A DNA stretch of 64,000 bases from Eledone cirrhosa (Eukaryota). The stretch is from contig OZ024743.1 in the NCBI GenBank assembly GCA_964016885.1, positions 337,032,001 to 337,096,000 of the forward strand, written 5' to 3'. The stretch's first letter is position 1. The number at the start of each line of letters is the position of its first letter. The position numbers were made by a program, and so were the translations under genes. Below the pieces are notes generated by a model. That model saw nothing but the letters and a program-made list of their open reading frames with translations, did no database searches and was not told the origin of the DNA. Below are positions 53,140 to 64,000 of the stretch, piece by piece.

Positions 53140-54450
53140 ATATAACCCGGACTAACTGGGGACTAAATATAGTCTATTTACACATTTCATCAGATTTTGC
53201 CACTTTTATACTTCACATCACGGGTGTGAATAACTAATAATCGTTTGGTACACGCGATGATCCGACGGACGTGGCGGCTTTCCCGACTGCACGCCAAGCG
53301 CTCGGGTCGATCAGCCTTCCTAGAGTGCTTGGAAAAATAAATTTCCCCTTCTTTCGGTAAACGAAAATACTCGGAACGGCTGTTTCGCCCTGGGGCCCTT
53401 GTCAGACTTGAAATCCGCCGTACCACCGGTTATTGACCGCCAAACAGTACTTTAGAAGGTTAGTATCAGTGTATATAAAAAAAGAATAAGAATGGCTGGT
53501 GCGTGTTTGTACAATGTTTTACTTCACAGAAGTCAATAATAAAACAATAGAAATATTTTACCACGTGTCGTGATGGTGTAGTTGGTGGAGCGTGTAAAGA
53601 AGAGAGAGAGAAGACAGGAGTCATCTCTTCATAGGCAGGATTCATCTCTAGGGAGAGAAAGCAGAAATCATCTCTTCATAGGCAGAAGTCATCTCTTCAG
53701 CTGCGGCGAGTGGAAAGTGAGAGAGCGTATGGCCTCACGCTCTCAAATATATAGTCCCCATGGGGACGTAACTCCATTTAGTTCATGGATGTGCCACTAG
53801 GGGTCATGACCGTCACAAAGGGACGCAACTCTTATACGTTAGTTCATGGATGTGCCACTAGGGGGTCACGACCGTCACAAAGGGACGCAACTCTTATTCG
53901 TTCTGAGTTCCAGCCCTAAGGGTTCGCTACAGTACCCTCCTCCAGACGATAGGCGAAAAGCCCGAAGGTAATTGTAGCGAACCCACAAGCATGGGCTCCA
54001 AGCACAGGCATGAATAGTAACGAAAAATGAAAAGGTACATGTATACTTAGTTCATGGATGTGCCACTAGGGGGTCACGACCGTCACGAAGGGACTCAACT
54101 CTTATTCGTTCTGAGTTCCAGCCCTAAGGGGTCGCTACAGTACTTTTAAATTCTAGGCTTAATCATAACTTTAAATTTTATCATGCCTCCTTCTACTAGC
54201 CCTTAACTAAATCCCCCACCAGTGTGAATAACTAGTAATAGTTTGGTATATACGATAACCAGCCGATGGTGGCGGACTTCCCGCTAACACTCCCGGCGCT
54301 TGAGACAGTTAACATTCCTGGAGTGTTCGGAAAAATAAATTTCCCTTTCTTTCGCTAGATGAAAATACTCGGAACGGTTGGCACGCCGTTGGGCCCCGGG
54401 CTGGCCGGGGGTCCGCAACGTTGCTGGTTGGTGACCTGTAAGCATGGGCT
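53140..54450 (-). mobile_element. Rearranged non-autonomous LTR element (LTR ~53931-53566, partial second LTR, duplicated internal segment)
   Basis: Minus strand: purine tract GGAGGAGGGTAC, then TGTAGCG...CACGACA, then TGGTAAA. Partial LTR at 54048-54139. Diverged duplicates at 53223-53400 and 54222-54400. Confidence 0.5.
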
Positions 54451-54964
54451 TAATCTTCACTCTATATTCTACCCTGAAACTTTATCGTGACTATCTATAA
54501 TACACTTAAACTTTTTCATAAACGCCTTCTTCTGTAAATTTCTTTAACTAAATCTCCCAACTTTAAACCTAAATCTTACTCGATTGTGAGTGACAGCTGT
54601 AGTGTGAATGTGTATGCATACACCGATATTGATATACATAAAGTTATGTTGGTACCACAAAACATCCAGCCCATACTGTAAAGTGGTTGCGTGGGTGTCA
54701 CAACAAAAAGCACCTAGCACACACTGTAAAGTGGTCATGTAGAAGACTTGGCAAAAAGCACCCAGCACACACTGTAAATGTGGTTGGTGTTAGGAAGGGC
54801 ACCTACTCGTAGAAAACCAGTCAGAAACAGTCCTATACGAGTGAGACACGGTCACCTGACCCAACTTGCTTCAAATGGGACAAACCCGTCTAACCCATGC
54901 TAGCATGGAAGATAGACGTTAAACGATGATGATGATAATGATGCATATATACATAGAGAGAGAG

Positions 54965-55670
54965 GTAGAACACTGGAAGGTAATATCCGTAGTGGTAGAG
55001 CACTCAGTCTTTGTATATATACTTTTTATAACTTTCTTCTTTCATGTTCACTATCCCACCACCTCATTAACTCCTTATAGCGTAAGTCCCCTTAATAATC
55101 CCTTACCACACCCAACACTCCACCCAATAGTAAAACACTGCAATATTTCATCTAGTATCATAAACCGCACCACCACCACATCAACACCCCACACAGAACA
55201 TCACCCTCAACACATACATGCCAACTTGTCTAGGGACAGTCAAAACGCCATACCCCGCCACTCACATCAACCTCTGCTCCTCACCACCTGCTCATCACTA
55301 CACTCACCACTACCTACACTACAGGTGAATACATTCCTCATAATTAACCCACCAATCAAAACAACTTTTACTGACCAGCATATGATAATTAGACTTTTTC
55401 CTACGCCATATACATTCATTTTGTCATTACTACCACAGAGGTCCGACGAGCCATTGATTACAGAGTCAGGCTAGATCGATACAGATCGAACCATGAGCCG
55501 TTCAATAGCGAAACGTGTGTCACCAACCAATAAACGTAATGAAGGAGTAACCATTCGTCCTTGTTTTATTATACTACACTCTGTCTAGCTCTACACCTCG
55601 ATACTGATGTGAACCTAAAGATCGAGTGCTCACCCGGGTGAACTTACAGCAACTCTGTGTTACACTCTCT

Positions 55671-55672
<2 letters not shown>
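54965..55672 (+). mobile_element. PLE 3' end / solo pseudo-LTR
   Basis: C/A-rich region followed by a hammerhead, AATAAA and a (TA)n flank. Shares ATCGAGTGCTCA with 11778-11789. Confidence 0.6.
55440..55524 (+). ncRNA. Type I hammerhead ribozyme motif (CCGACGA variant) with extended stem II
   Basis: GGT-CCGACGA-[GCCATTGA...TCAATAGC]-GAAA-C GTGT G-TC-ACC; AATAAA 4 nt later. Confidence 0.75.
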
Positions 55673-55724
<52 letters not shown>

Positions 55725-55729
<5 letters not shown>

Positions 55730-56323
55730 ATCAGGTCTAGCAAGTAGAGAAAGAGTTTTAAAATAAATTTTTAAAAGTTTGCTGTACTTACTATATGTTG
55801 CTTTACCGTGCGGTTTCGAATCCCAAAATAAACAGATAATCCAAGCGGATTTCCATTGGGAAGGGGAGTCTCGTCAGAAGGCTCTTCTCACTTGGAGAAT
55901 ATAAAATTCCCGAGTTCAAATCACAAACTGCCGCTATACATATACTTTATTATTATTAATCTCCCCTAAGGTTGAGATAACATTTGGTCGTTTGTACTGC
56001 TGCTATTTCTAGTAGCAGGACATTGACCTGTCCACCCTGCCTTTTGTCTTTACACACGGCACTAGACAAAATTGTTTCTTTCATCATTTACTCTCATCCG
56101 GGAACAGTTTTGTATGGCGCCAGTTTGTGATTTGAACTCGGGAATTTTATATTCTCCGAGCGAGAACCTTCTGACGAGACTCCCCTTCTCAATGAAAATC
56201 CGCTTGGATTATCTGTTTATTTTGGGATTCGAAACCGCACGGTAAAGGCACATATAGTAAGCACAGCAAACTTTTTAAAATTTATTTTAAAACATTTTCT
56301 CTATTTGCTAGACCTGATTTTAT
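55725..56323. repeat. ~215-bp inverted repeat pair (170-bp spacer), each arm carrying a hammerhead
   Basis: 55725-55940 is the reverse complement of 56110-56323; the element is flanked by (TA)n. Confidence 0.93.
56167..56248 (+). ncRNA. Type I hammerhead ribozyme motif with branched/extended stem II (mirror copy on minus strand ~55800-55882)
   Basis: CCTT-CTGACGA-[GACTCCC...GGGATTC]-GAAA-CCG CA CGG-TA-AAGG. Confidence 0.85.
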
Positions 56324-56423
56324 ATGTTCTGGTTTGTTAATTTATTAATCTGCCATAGAACCACATTGGCATACGGTCGGATAATATTTCTATCCCTATA
56401 TGTAGGAACATATACTTTATTAT

Positions 56424-56484
<61 letters not shown>

Positions 56485-57052
56485 ATGTGTGTGTCTGTCT
56501 GTATGTATGGATTTGCGACTGACAGATAGTATTAGTAATAGGAAAGACCAATAGAAACATTGTTTCCTCGGTCCGATTGGACGAGCCCCACCCTACTAAT
56601 TAAGCAAATGAGGTTGAGGATCTTGTCAATCGACTGCTGATATATATATATAACAGAAATATAGATAAAATACAATAATTTTGGTCTTGCTGTATCAGAA
56701 CAGCTCAATAAAATTAGGTGTGAAAAAACATTAATCAGAGCAAACTCTAAACAATATTGTTGTGGAAACAACAATATTTAATATCTTCTAGCATATTATA
56801 TAGAACTAAATAAGAGAGGTATAGATATAGTAAGGAAGTTGACATTTGATAAATAAACTTAATGATATTCACTTTTACAATGAGTCAATCTTCCATTAAT
56901 TATATTTATATCGCGCAGTTTCAATAAATATAAATTTATAATTAGCAAGGTTAGGATAATGGCTATCTTTCGTATGACTCCGTAATGTTGATACAAAATA
57001 TTGTCTCACCATATCTCAGAGCGCATGTGTTCTTTTTAAGATAAATCAAAAC

Positions 57053-57480
57053 AATGAAGAGGGACAGGCCAGTTGGCCATGCCTCCTCATAGCGGTGTCA
57101 TCCAGTTCCACTCTGCAAATATATTGTAGCACCCAAACTATGGTTCCGCTGTGACAAGGGTTCTATGTGGCCAACTAGCCTGTCCCTCTTCATCCACTTC
57201 CAGGTTCCCAAAATGTGGTTCCTCGGTGATAAATTGTTTGGCGTGACCAACTGGCCTATCCCTCCTCACAGCGGTGCCATCCAGTTCCACACTATGAATG
57301 TAGTTGCAGCTTCCAAACTGTGACACCGTTGTGAGAAGGTTTTGGCATGGCCAACTGGCTTGTCCCTCCTCATAGTGAGACCATCCAGTTCCAAGCTCCC
57401 AAGCTGGGGTGCTGCTGTAAGAAGGGTTTGGCATGGCCAACTGGCCTGTCCTCCCTCATAGCAATGCAACCCAGTTCCAT
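57053..57480 (-). repeat. Diverged ~75-105-bp tandem repeat with one inverted end unit
   Basis: GGAACTGGATG...TGAGGAGGGACAGGCCAGTTGGCCATGCC occurs 4-5 times on the minus strand and once on the plus strand at 57055-57083. Confidence 0.75.
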
Positions 57481-57799
57481 ACAGTATGCACCTAGAGTAA
57501 AATGAAAATAAAAAATAGAGTTCACTAGCGAAAGTACACAACAATGGAAATAATAATGAAAGTAGGAATCCTTAACATGGAACCAAACTGGCTACCCCAT
57601 TGTTGTGAACTTGAAAGGGGGGACAACATAAAACACCCTCTGAGAACTAATGTAATTTCTTAACGGCTCTAGTCAACTAGTATAGTATATTACATTAGTA
57701 TATGGTGCATGTTTATGTTAATTTCCTGCTGTAACAATAGTATATAATGAAATGGTAGGGGGCAGGGGTGAAATGGCAGAGATGTGTGAGACCAATGAA

Positions 57800-58175
57800 C
57801 CATACCATCCTGATATACACTTAGGTAGACATACCATCTTGTGGTACATATGTAGATAGATCATACCATTGGGTGATACATACTTAGGTGGACCATACCA
57901 TTCTATGTTAAATAGTTAGGTAGACCATACCATGCTGCGATACATACTTAGTTGGACCATACCATCCTATGATAAATACTTAGGTAGACCATACCATCCT
58001 GTGATACATACTTAGTTGGACCATACCATCCTATGGAACGTATTGAGTTCGACCACACCATCCCATAGTACATACTTAGATGGACCATACCATTGGATGG
58101 AACATACTGATGTAGACCATACCATTCTGTGGTACTTACTGAGGTGGACCATACCATTCTATGGTATATACTGAG
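57800..58175. repeat. 32-bp minisatellite, ~12 copies
   Basis: CCATACCATCCTGTGATACATACTTAGTTGGA at 57957, 57989, 58021 and neighbouring positions. Confidence 0.9.
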
Positions 58176-58379
58176 TGGGGTTTTACTTATTCATTCAACA
58201 GTAGTAGCAGACAGCTACATTCCTATTCCACCAACTTCAGCTTTCATAATCAATTGTGGTCCTATGGTTGGGTGATTAAACCTGATAGAAAACCCTAGGA
58301 ACTTCTATACGACATTTGAACTCAGAACTGAAAGTGTATTGGAATAAATTCCACAAACCATTTTGTGTGAATCTCTCAA

Positions 58380-58662
58380 GAGAGGGCTCCAAACCTGATG
58401 ACATATATCTTGGTTTCAGCAAGGCATTTGACAGAGTTGATTACAACATCATGTTGTGTCTCTGGAAAGTTACTACAAGGATCAAGTATTTCCTGACAAA
58501 CAGAACCCAACATGTTGTCAAAGGAATACAATCAAGCTCAGCTAAAGTCAGTAGTTGCACCAGACAAGGCAGTGTGTTGGACCCACTTCTCTTCATTATT
58601 GACATCATCAAGCACAGCAACATAAGAATTTTTGTAGATGATTCCAAGCTCCAGAAGGTCAT
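58380..58662 (+). mobile_element. CR1-like RT remnant
   Basis: DIYLGFSKAFDRVD...RQGSVLDPLLFII...IFVDDSKL. Confidence 0.75.
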
Positions 58663-59689
58663 TTTGTCTGAATCTCTAAGAATGCTGCCAACCTACTGTC
58701 ATATTATTTTATTGACCATTGAATGAATGAAAGGCAAATTTGACCTTGGTAAAATACAGAGAGCTGGAATAAATACCACAATGATAAATACAATACCTTA
58801 ATCACACTAGTAATTCACCTGATGGACAGTGGTACATACAGACAGCAAGTACTTGTAGTCTACCCCCCAAAATGTGTAACCTTATGCCAATGTTAGAACT
58901 TATCATATGGAATAAAATAGGATGGCATTAGAAAGGGCCTCGAGACATTGAAAACTAAGCCAAAAAACAGAATGTATGTGCATGAGGTGGTCACCTGACC
59001 TATCATGCCGCACAATGTTACAACCAATCTAATCCATGTAAGCATGGAAAATAGACATTAAACTATGATGATGATGACGATGATGATGATGATGCAGTGA
59101 TTTTCAAATAGGAGGAACTTGGCCCTCGGAAGAAATGTTTCCCAGGAGAGGAATCTGGCAAAGTACAGTGTACATTATGTGTATATATCAATTATGTGTA
59201 TATACCAATAAAGCAGACTTCAGTATACATTGTGTATAAATGAAATGAAATATCAATGTAGCCAACTACAGTGTACATTGTGAGTAGTTATATATATATA
59301 TAAATATCTCGACAAAAAGCAGCCAGCCCACACTGTAACGTGGCCGTGTAGGCATCACAACAAAAAGCACCCAGTACTCACTGTAAATTAGTTTGGCATT
59401 AGGAAGGGCATTCAGCTGTAAAAACCAAGCTAAAATTAGTTCTGTATAAGTAAAGCATGATCACCTGATCTAGCATTGCCCACAACAGGTCAACTCATCT
59501 AACCCATGCTAGAGTGGAAGAATGGACATAAAATGGTGTTGGTGATGATGATATATATATAAATTAAATGAAACACCAATATACTCAACTAGAGTGTATA
59601 TTGTCATTATCATCATCATCATCATTTTTACATTCATTTTTTTTCACACTTACATGGGTTGGATGGATCCGTCTCAGCACAGCATCTCC

Positions 59690-61262
59690 CTACTTGTCGT
59701 ATTCCTTTGTCATCTCCTCTGCCAGTCTTAGCAATTTGAGGTCAGCTCTCACAACCTCTGCCCCGGTCATTCTTGGTCATCCTCTACTGCAGCTTCCTTC
59801 CACTGGAATTTCCTGGCATTTCTTCACCCATCAGTTATCGTCCATACCAATGCAGTCTTCTCTCCTGCACACCAGCTCAGATTCCTCTTAAACCCAGCTT
59901 CTTCCCCAGCTCTACCTTTTTCTCACATTGCACACCCAATGAAGCAAAGTTGCTTCATTTCTCTCCAGTCTACGCATGTCCTCTGCAGTCACATCTTATG
60001 CAGCATCATACTCTGCACACAACCCACCTTTTGTACCTAGGGAAAAACCTTTTGTTGTCAACAGTGGGAGTAGTTTTCTAAACTTCTTCCATCTTATCCT
60101 TATTCTAGCTATTATACTGTCAGCACATGCTCCTCCACTGCTAATTAAGTCACCTAGATAGCAGAGGCTATCAACCACATCTATGAATCCTTCCTGTGAC
60201 TAGAAAAGGTTTATATCATTGGAACTCTTCCTCTCAATTATTCATGTGCATCTTCTACATGCAGAGTTCTCCCTTCCTGTTAGTCTACTTGTTATCCCAC
60301 TCATCATCATCATCACCATTTTATATCCATTTTTCGAAGCTAGCAATGGTTAGATGAGTTGACCTGTCGTGGGCAATGCCAGGTCAGGTGACCATGTCTT
60401 GTTTATACAGAACTGATTTTGGTTTGATTTCTACAGCTGGATGCCCTTCCTAGCGCCAGCCTCATTTACAGAGAGTACTGGGTGTTTTTTATTGTGGCAC
60501 CTACACAACCACTTTACATTGTGGACAGGGTGATTTTTGTCCTACAAGACCACTTTACAGTGGGAGGGGGAGAGGCATACCGTCTATATGCTTCAGCTTC
60601 GGCTTGTACCCGTGGAAATCGGGTCGTCTGTATTACTGTGTAACGCCAAATGTCTCAGTCCTGTGTCATCACCTTTGAGAGGTGCAATTGAGCAAGATCA
60701 GCTTTTATCAACCCATCCCAGGTCTTCTTGGGTCACCCACTCCAAGGCTTCCATCAACTTTGAGCGCTCTGCACCTTTCTATGAAGCTGTCATCCTCCAT
60801 ACACATCACATGGCCATACCAATGTAATCTCCTCTCCTACACACAACATTTAATTCCTCTTAAGCTTAGTCTCTCTCTCTCAATTCATTTATGCTTTACC
60901 ATTCACGTAAATTACTATTAATATCCATCGGAGCATGCAAGCTTCATTTCTTTCCAATCTACGCAGGTCTTCTGCACACAATGCCCAGGTCTCACTACCA
61001 TGCAACACTGCTGTTTGTATGCATACATCAAACAATCTACCTTTTATTTTGGGAAAGCCTTTTGCACCTAGCAGTGGTAGTAGCTCCCTGAACTTCTTCC
61101 ATCTTGTTCTTACTCTGGCTACTGTACTCTCAGAACATCTACTGCTGCTGCTAATTCAGTAGTACTTGTTTCCCGTGATCATTTGCTGCTTACTGTCCAG
61201 GTGCAACTGCTACATGTAAAGCCTACATTCTTAGCTAAACTTCTTGAGATCCCACTACATAT
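59690..61262 (-). mobile_element. Two degraded 3' fragments of the RTE family seen at 61620-63980, interleaved with SINEs
   Basis: VDSLCYLGDLISSGG...ARIRIRWKKFRKLLPLL (60178-59996) and a homologous segment at 60640-61262. Confidence 0.8.
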
Positions 61263-61624
61263 ATGAAATACCTATATACCCAACTGTATTGTACATCATC
61301 ATTTAATGTCCATCTTCCATGCAAGTATGGGTTAGACGGGAGTTGTCCCAATTTGAGGCAACATTGGTCGGGTGACTGTGTCTCACTCGTATAGGACTAT
61401 CTGGCAGGTTTTCTACGGCTGGATGCCCTTCCTAACACCAACCACATTTACAGTGTGAATCGGAAACTTTTTACTGTGTTACCTACACAACCACATTACA
61501 GCGTGGGCTGTTGTGTTTTTTGTTGTGACACCTATACAATCTCATTTATTTGGACTGGATGTTGTGGTACCAACTTTACAGAGAGAGGGTGGTGTTGGTG
61601 GGAGTGGGGGTAGTGGATTGTGGT

Positions 61625-63985
61625 GTATAAACACAAAAGCCTTCCTTAGTGAGGAATGTACCTCCCAACATAGCTTAGTTGTCAGCAACCTCACGGTCAG
61701 AACTCGACGAACCTGGAAACAGAGGCCAACCTGGAGAAGAAAGATCTGGAAGCTGAAAGACCCCTCAGCCAGTAACAGATTTAAAGATATTTTACTCAAC
61801 GCCTACGACAGTAAAGAAGAGACATTCAATGTAGAAGAGCACTGAAAGTTCCTAAAAAATAACTTACTAGATGAGATCTGTGGCTGGAGTAAGACCACAA
61901 GCAGGAGGAGAGTGACTTGGTGGTGGAACAATAAGGTAGATGAGGCAGTTAAGGCCAAGAGACAGGCATGGAAAGAATGGAAGAACGAGGGAAGCCGGGT
62001 ACATTACATAGAGACCATGAGGGAAGCTAGGCGACAAGTATACTTAGCTAGGAGGGAAGCAGAGGATAGAAAATTCAAGCATGTTTTGCAACGTGAGGAC
62101 CAGAAACAGGAGGTGTTCAAGGTTGCGAGGCAGTGTGTCAGAGAGAATTGTGATGTCATTGGAGAGAAGTGTATCCAGAATGATAAAGTTGAGCTTGCCC
62201 TCACAAGTGCTGAGAAGAAAGATGCATGGAAGAGCCATTATGATAGATTACTAAATGAGGAGAATGCATGGGAAGAAGAGACCCTACCCCAAGTAGACCC
62301 TATAGAGGGGCCAGCAGTACAAGTCAGCAGCAGTGTAGTAAGTAAGGCAATCAAAGATATGAAGATGGGGAAGGCAACCGGTTCATCGTGTAAAGCTGCC
62401 GAGATGCTGAAGGCATCTGAGTCTGTAGGTCACACTATAACCACACATAGTTAACCAGGTAATACTAGGTGTCATACCAAAAGATTGGTGCAGTAGCATC
62501 ATTGTCAACTGCTACAAAGGTAAAGGTGATGCACTAGATAGAGGAAACTATAGAGGTATAAAGCTGATGGACGAGGTCATGAAAGTAACAGAAAGAGTTA
62601 TAGCACAGCTGATTAGGGACCGGGTGAAACTAGATGAGATGCAATTTAGGTTTGTACCAGGAAGTTTCACCACTGATGCCCTCTTCCTTGTGAGGCAGTT
62701 ACAGGAAAAGTACCTAGTTAAAAGTAAGCCACTCTACCTGGCATTCGTCGATCTTGAGAAAGCCTTTGACAGAGTTCCACGTGCTATAATCTGGTGGGCT
62801 CTTAGAAAACTAGGAGTAGATGAATGGCTTGTGAAAGCTGTACAAGCCATGTATAGGGGAGCAGTCAGCAAAGTTAGGATTAGCAATGAGTATAGCGAGG
62901 AATTTAGCGTACAGGTTGGTGTCCACCAGGGCTCTGTTCTTAGCCCTCTCCTGTTCATCAGTCCTGCAGGCAATAACGGAGGAGTTTAAGACCGGATGCC
63001 CATGGGAACTCCTGTATGCAAATGACCTCGCACTTATAGCTGAATCTATGGTAGAACTAGAGAAGAAATTCCAAACTTGGAAGCAGGGACTAGAAAGAAA
63101 GGGTCTCAAAGTCAACCTGACAAAGACTAAGGTCCTTATAAGTATACTAGAAAACAGATCCCAGATCCCCTCAGGGAAATGGCCTTGCTCAGTATGTAGG
63201 AAAGGTGTAGGTAGGAACTCCATTCTCTGCCCCAAACGCAAACAATGGGTACACAAGAGATGTAGCAGGATCTCAGGAAGCTTAATTAAGAATGTAGGCT
63301 TCACATGTAGCAGCTGTGCTGGGACAGCAAGCAGCAAACAACCACTGGAAACAAGTACCACCAATCTCTGGGAGGGCTCTGTAGAAACAGTAGACAGCTT
63401 CTGCTACCTAAGTGACCGAATTAGCAGCGGAGGTGGGTGTTCAGAAAGTACAATAACTAGGGTAAGAACGGGATGGAAGAAGTTCAGGGAACTACTGCCA
63501 CTGCGAGCTGCAAAAAGGCTTCTCCCTAAAATGAAAGGCAGACTGTATGATGCGTGTATACGAACAGCAATGTTACATGGTAGTGAGACCTGGGCGCTGA
63601 AGGTGGAAGACTTACGTAGATTAGAAAGAAACGAAGCCTGCATGCTCCGATGGATGTGTAATAGTAATATACGCGAACGGCAAAGTATAAATGAATTGAG
63701 AGAGAGACTGAGCATAAGAGGAATCAAATGGTGTGTGCAGGAGAGGCGGTTGCGTTGGTATGGACATGTGATGCATATGAAGGATGACAGCTGCATAAAA
63801 AGGAGCAGAGCACTAGAAGTCAATGGAAACTGCGGAGTGGGGAGACCCAAGAAGACCTGGGATGAGGTGATAAAAGCTGACCTTACCAAATTACACCTCT
63901 CAAAGGCGATGACACACGACCGTGACCTCTGGCATCACGCAGTAATACAGAGTACCCGACCTCCCATGGGTACAAGCTGAAGCAT
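61625..63985 (+). mobile_element. RTE-clade LINE, 5'-truncated, with Cys/His (PHD-like) insertion in the RT region
   Basis: AFVDLEKAFDRVPR, VGVHQGSVLSPLLF, LLYANDL, WPCSVCRKGVGRNSILC...WVHKRC...CSSC, LHGSETW, RLRWYGHV, GRPKKTW; several frameshifts. Confidence 0.93.
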
Positions 63986-64000
63986 ATAGACAATATGCCT

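Overview
Eukaryotic, repeat-saturated DNA, most likely an octopod cephalopod (inferred from the SINE types, RTE/Tx1/Penelope content and (TA)n/(CA)n/(TATG)n microsatellites). Nearly all ORF-track entries are transposon fragments or microsatellite artefacts. One host gene that the track misses can be assembled by hand on the minus strand. Its four coding exons (38176-38080, 26840-26628, 25015-24935, 23504-23338; all GT-AG, all phase 1) give an open 185-aa secreted-type protein: signal peptide, acidic pro-region, then a cationic Tyr-rich domain with 4 Cys. The mobile content includes two Penelope-like elements (PLEs) with CxCx5C and GIY-YIG motifs, a Neptune-like PLE fragment, two near-full-length Tx1-like LINEs flanking exon 1 in opposite orientations, RTE and CR1 LINE fragments, two Helitron-like elements, hAT and piggyBac MITEs, LTR remnants, many tRNA-derived SINEs and several minisatellites. 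The window is rich in hammerhead ribozyme motifs. Four long palindromes are built from head-to-head hammerheads with enlarged stem II, and two diverged hammerheads share a stem II insert motif. All calls come from reading the sequence by eye; no searches were run and element boundaries are approximate.
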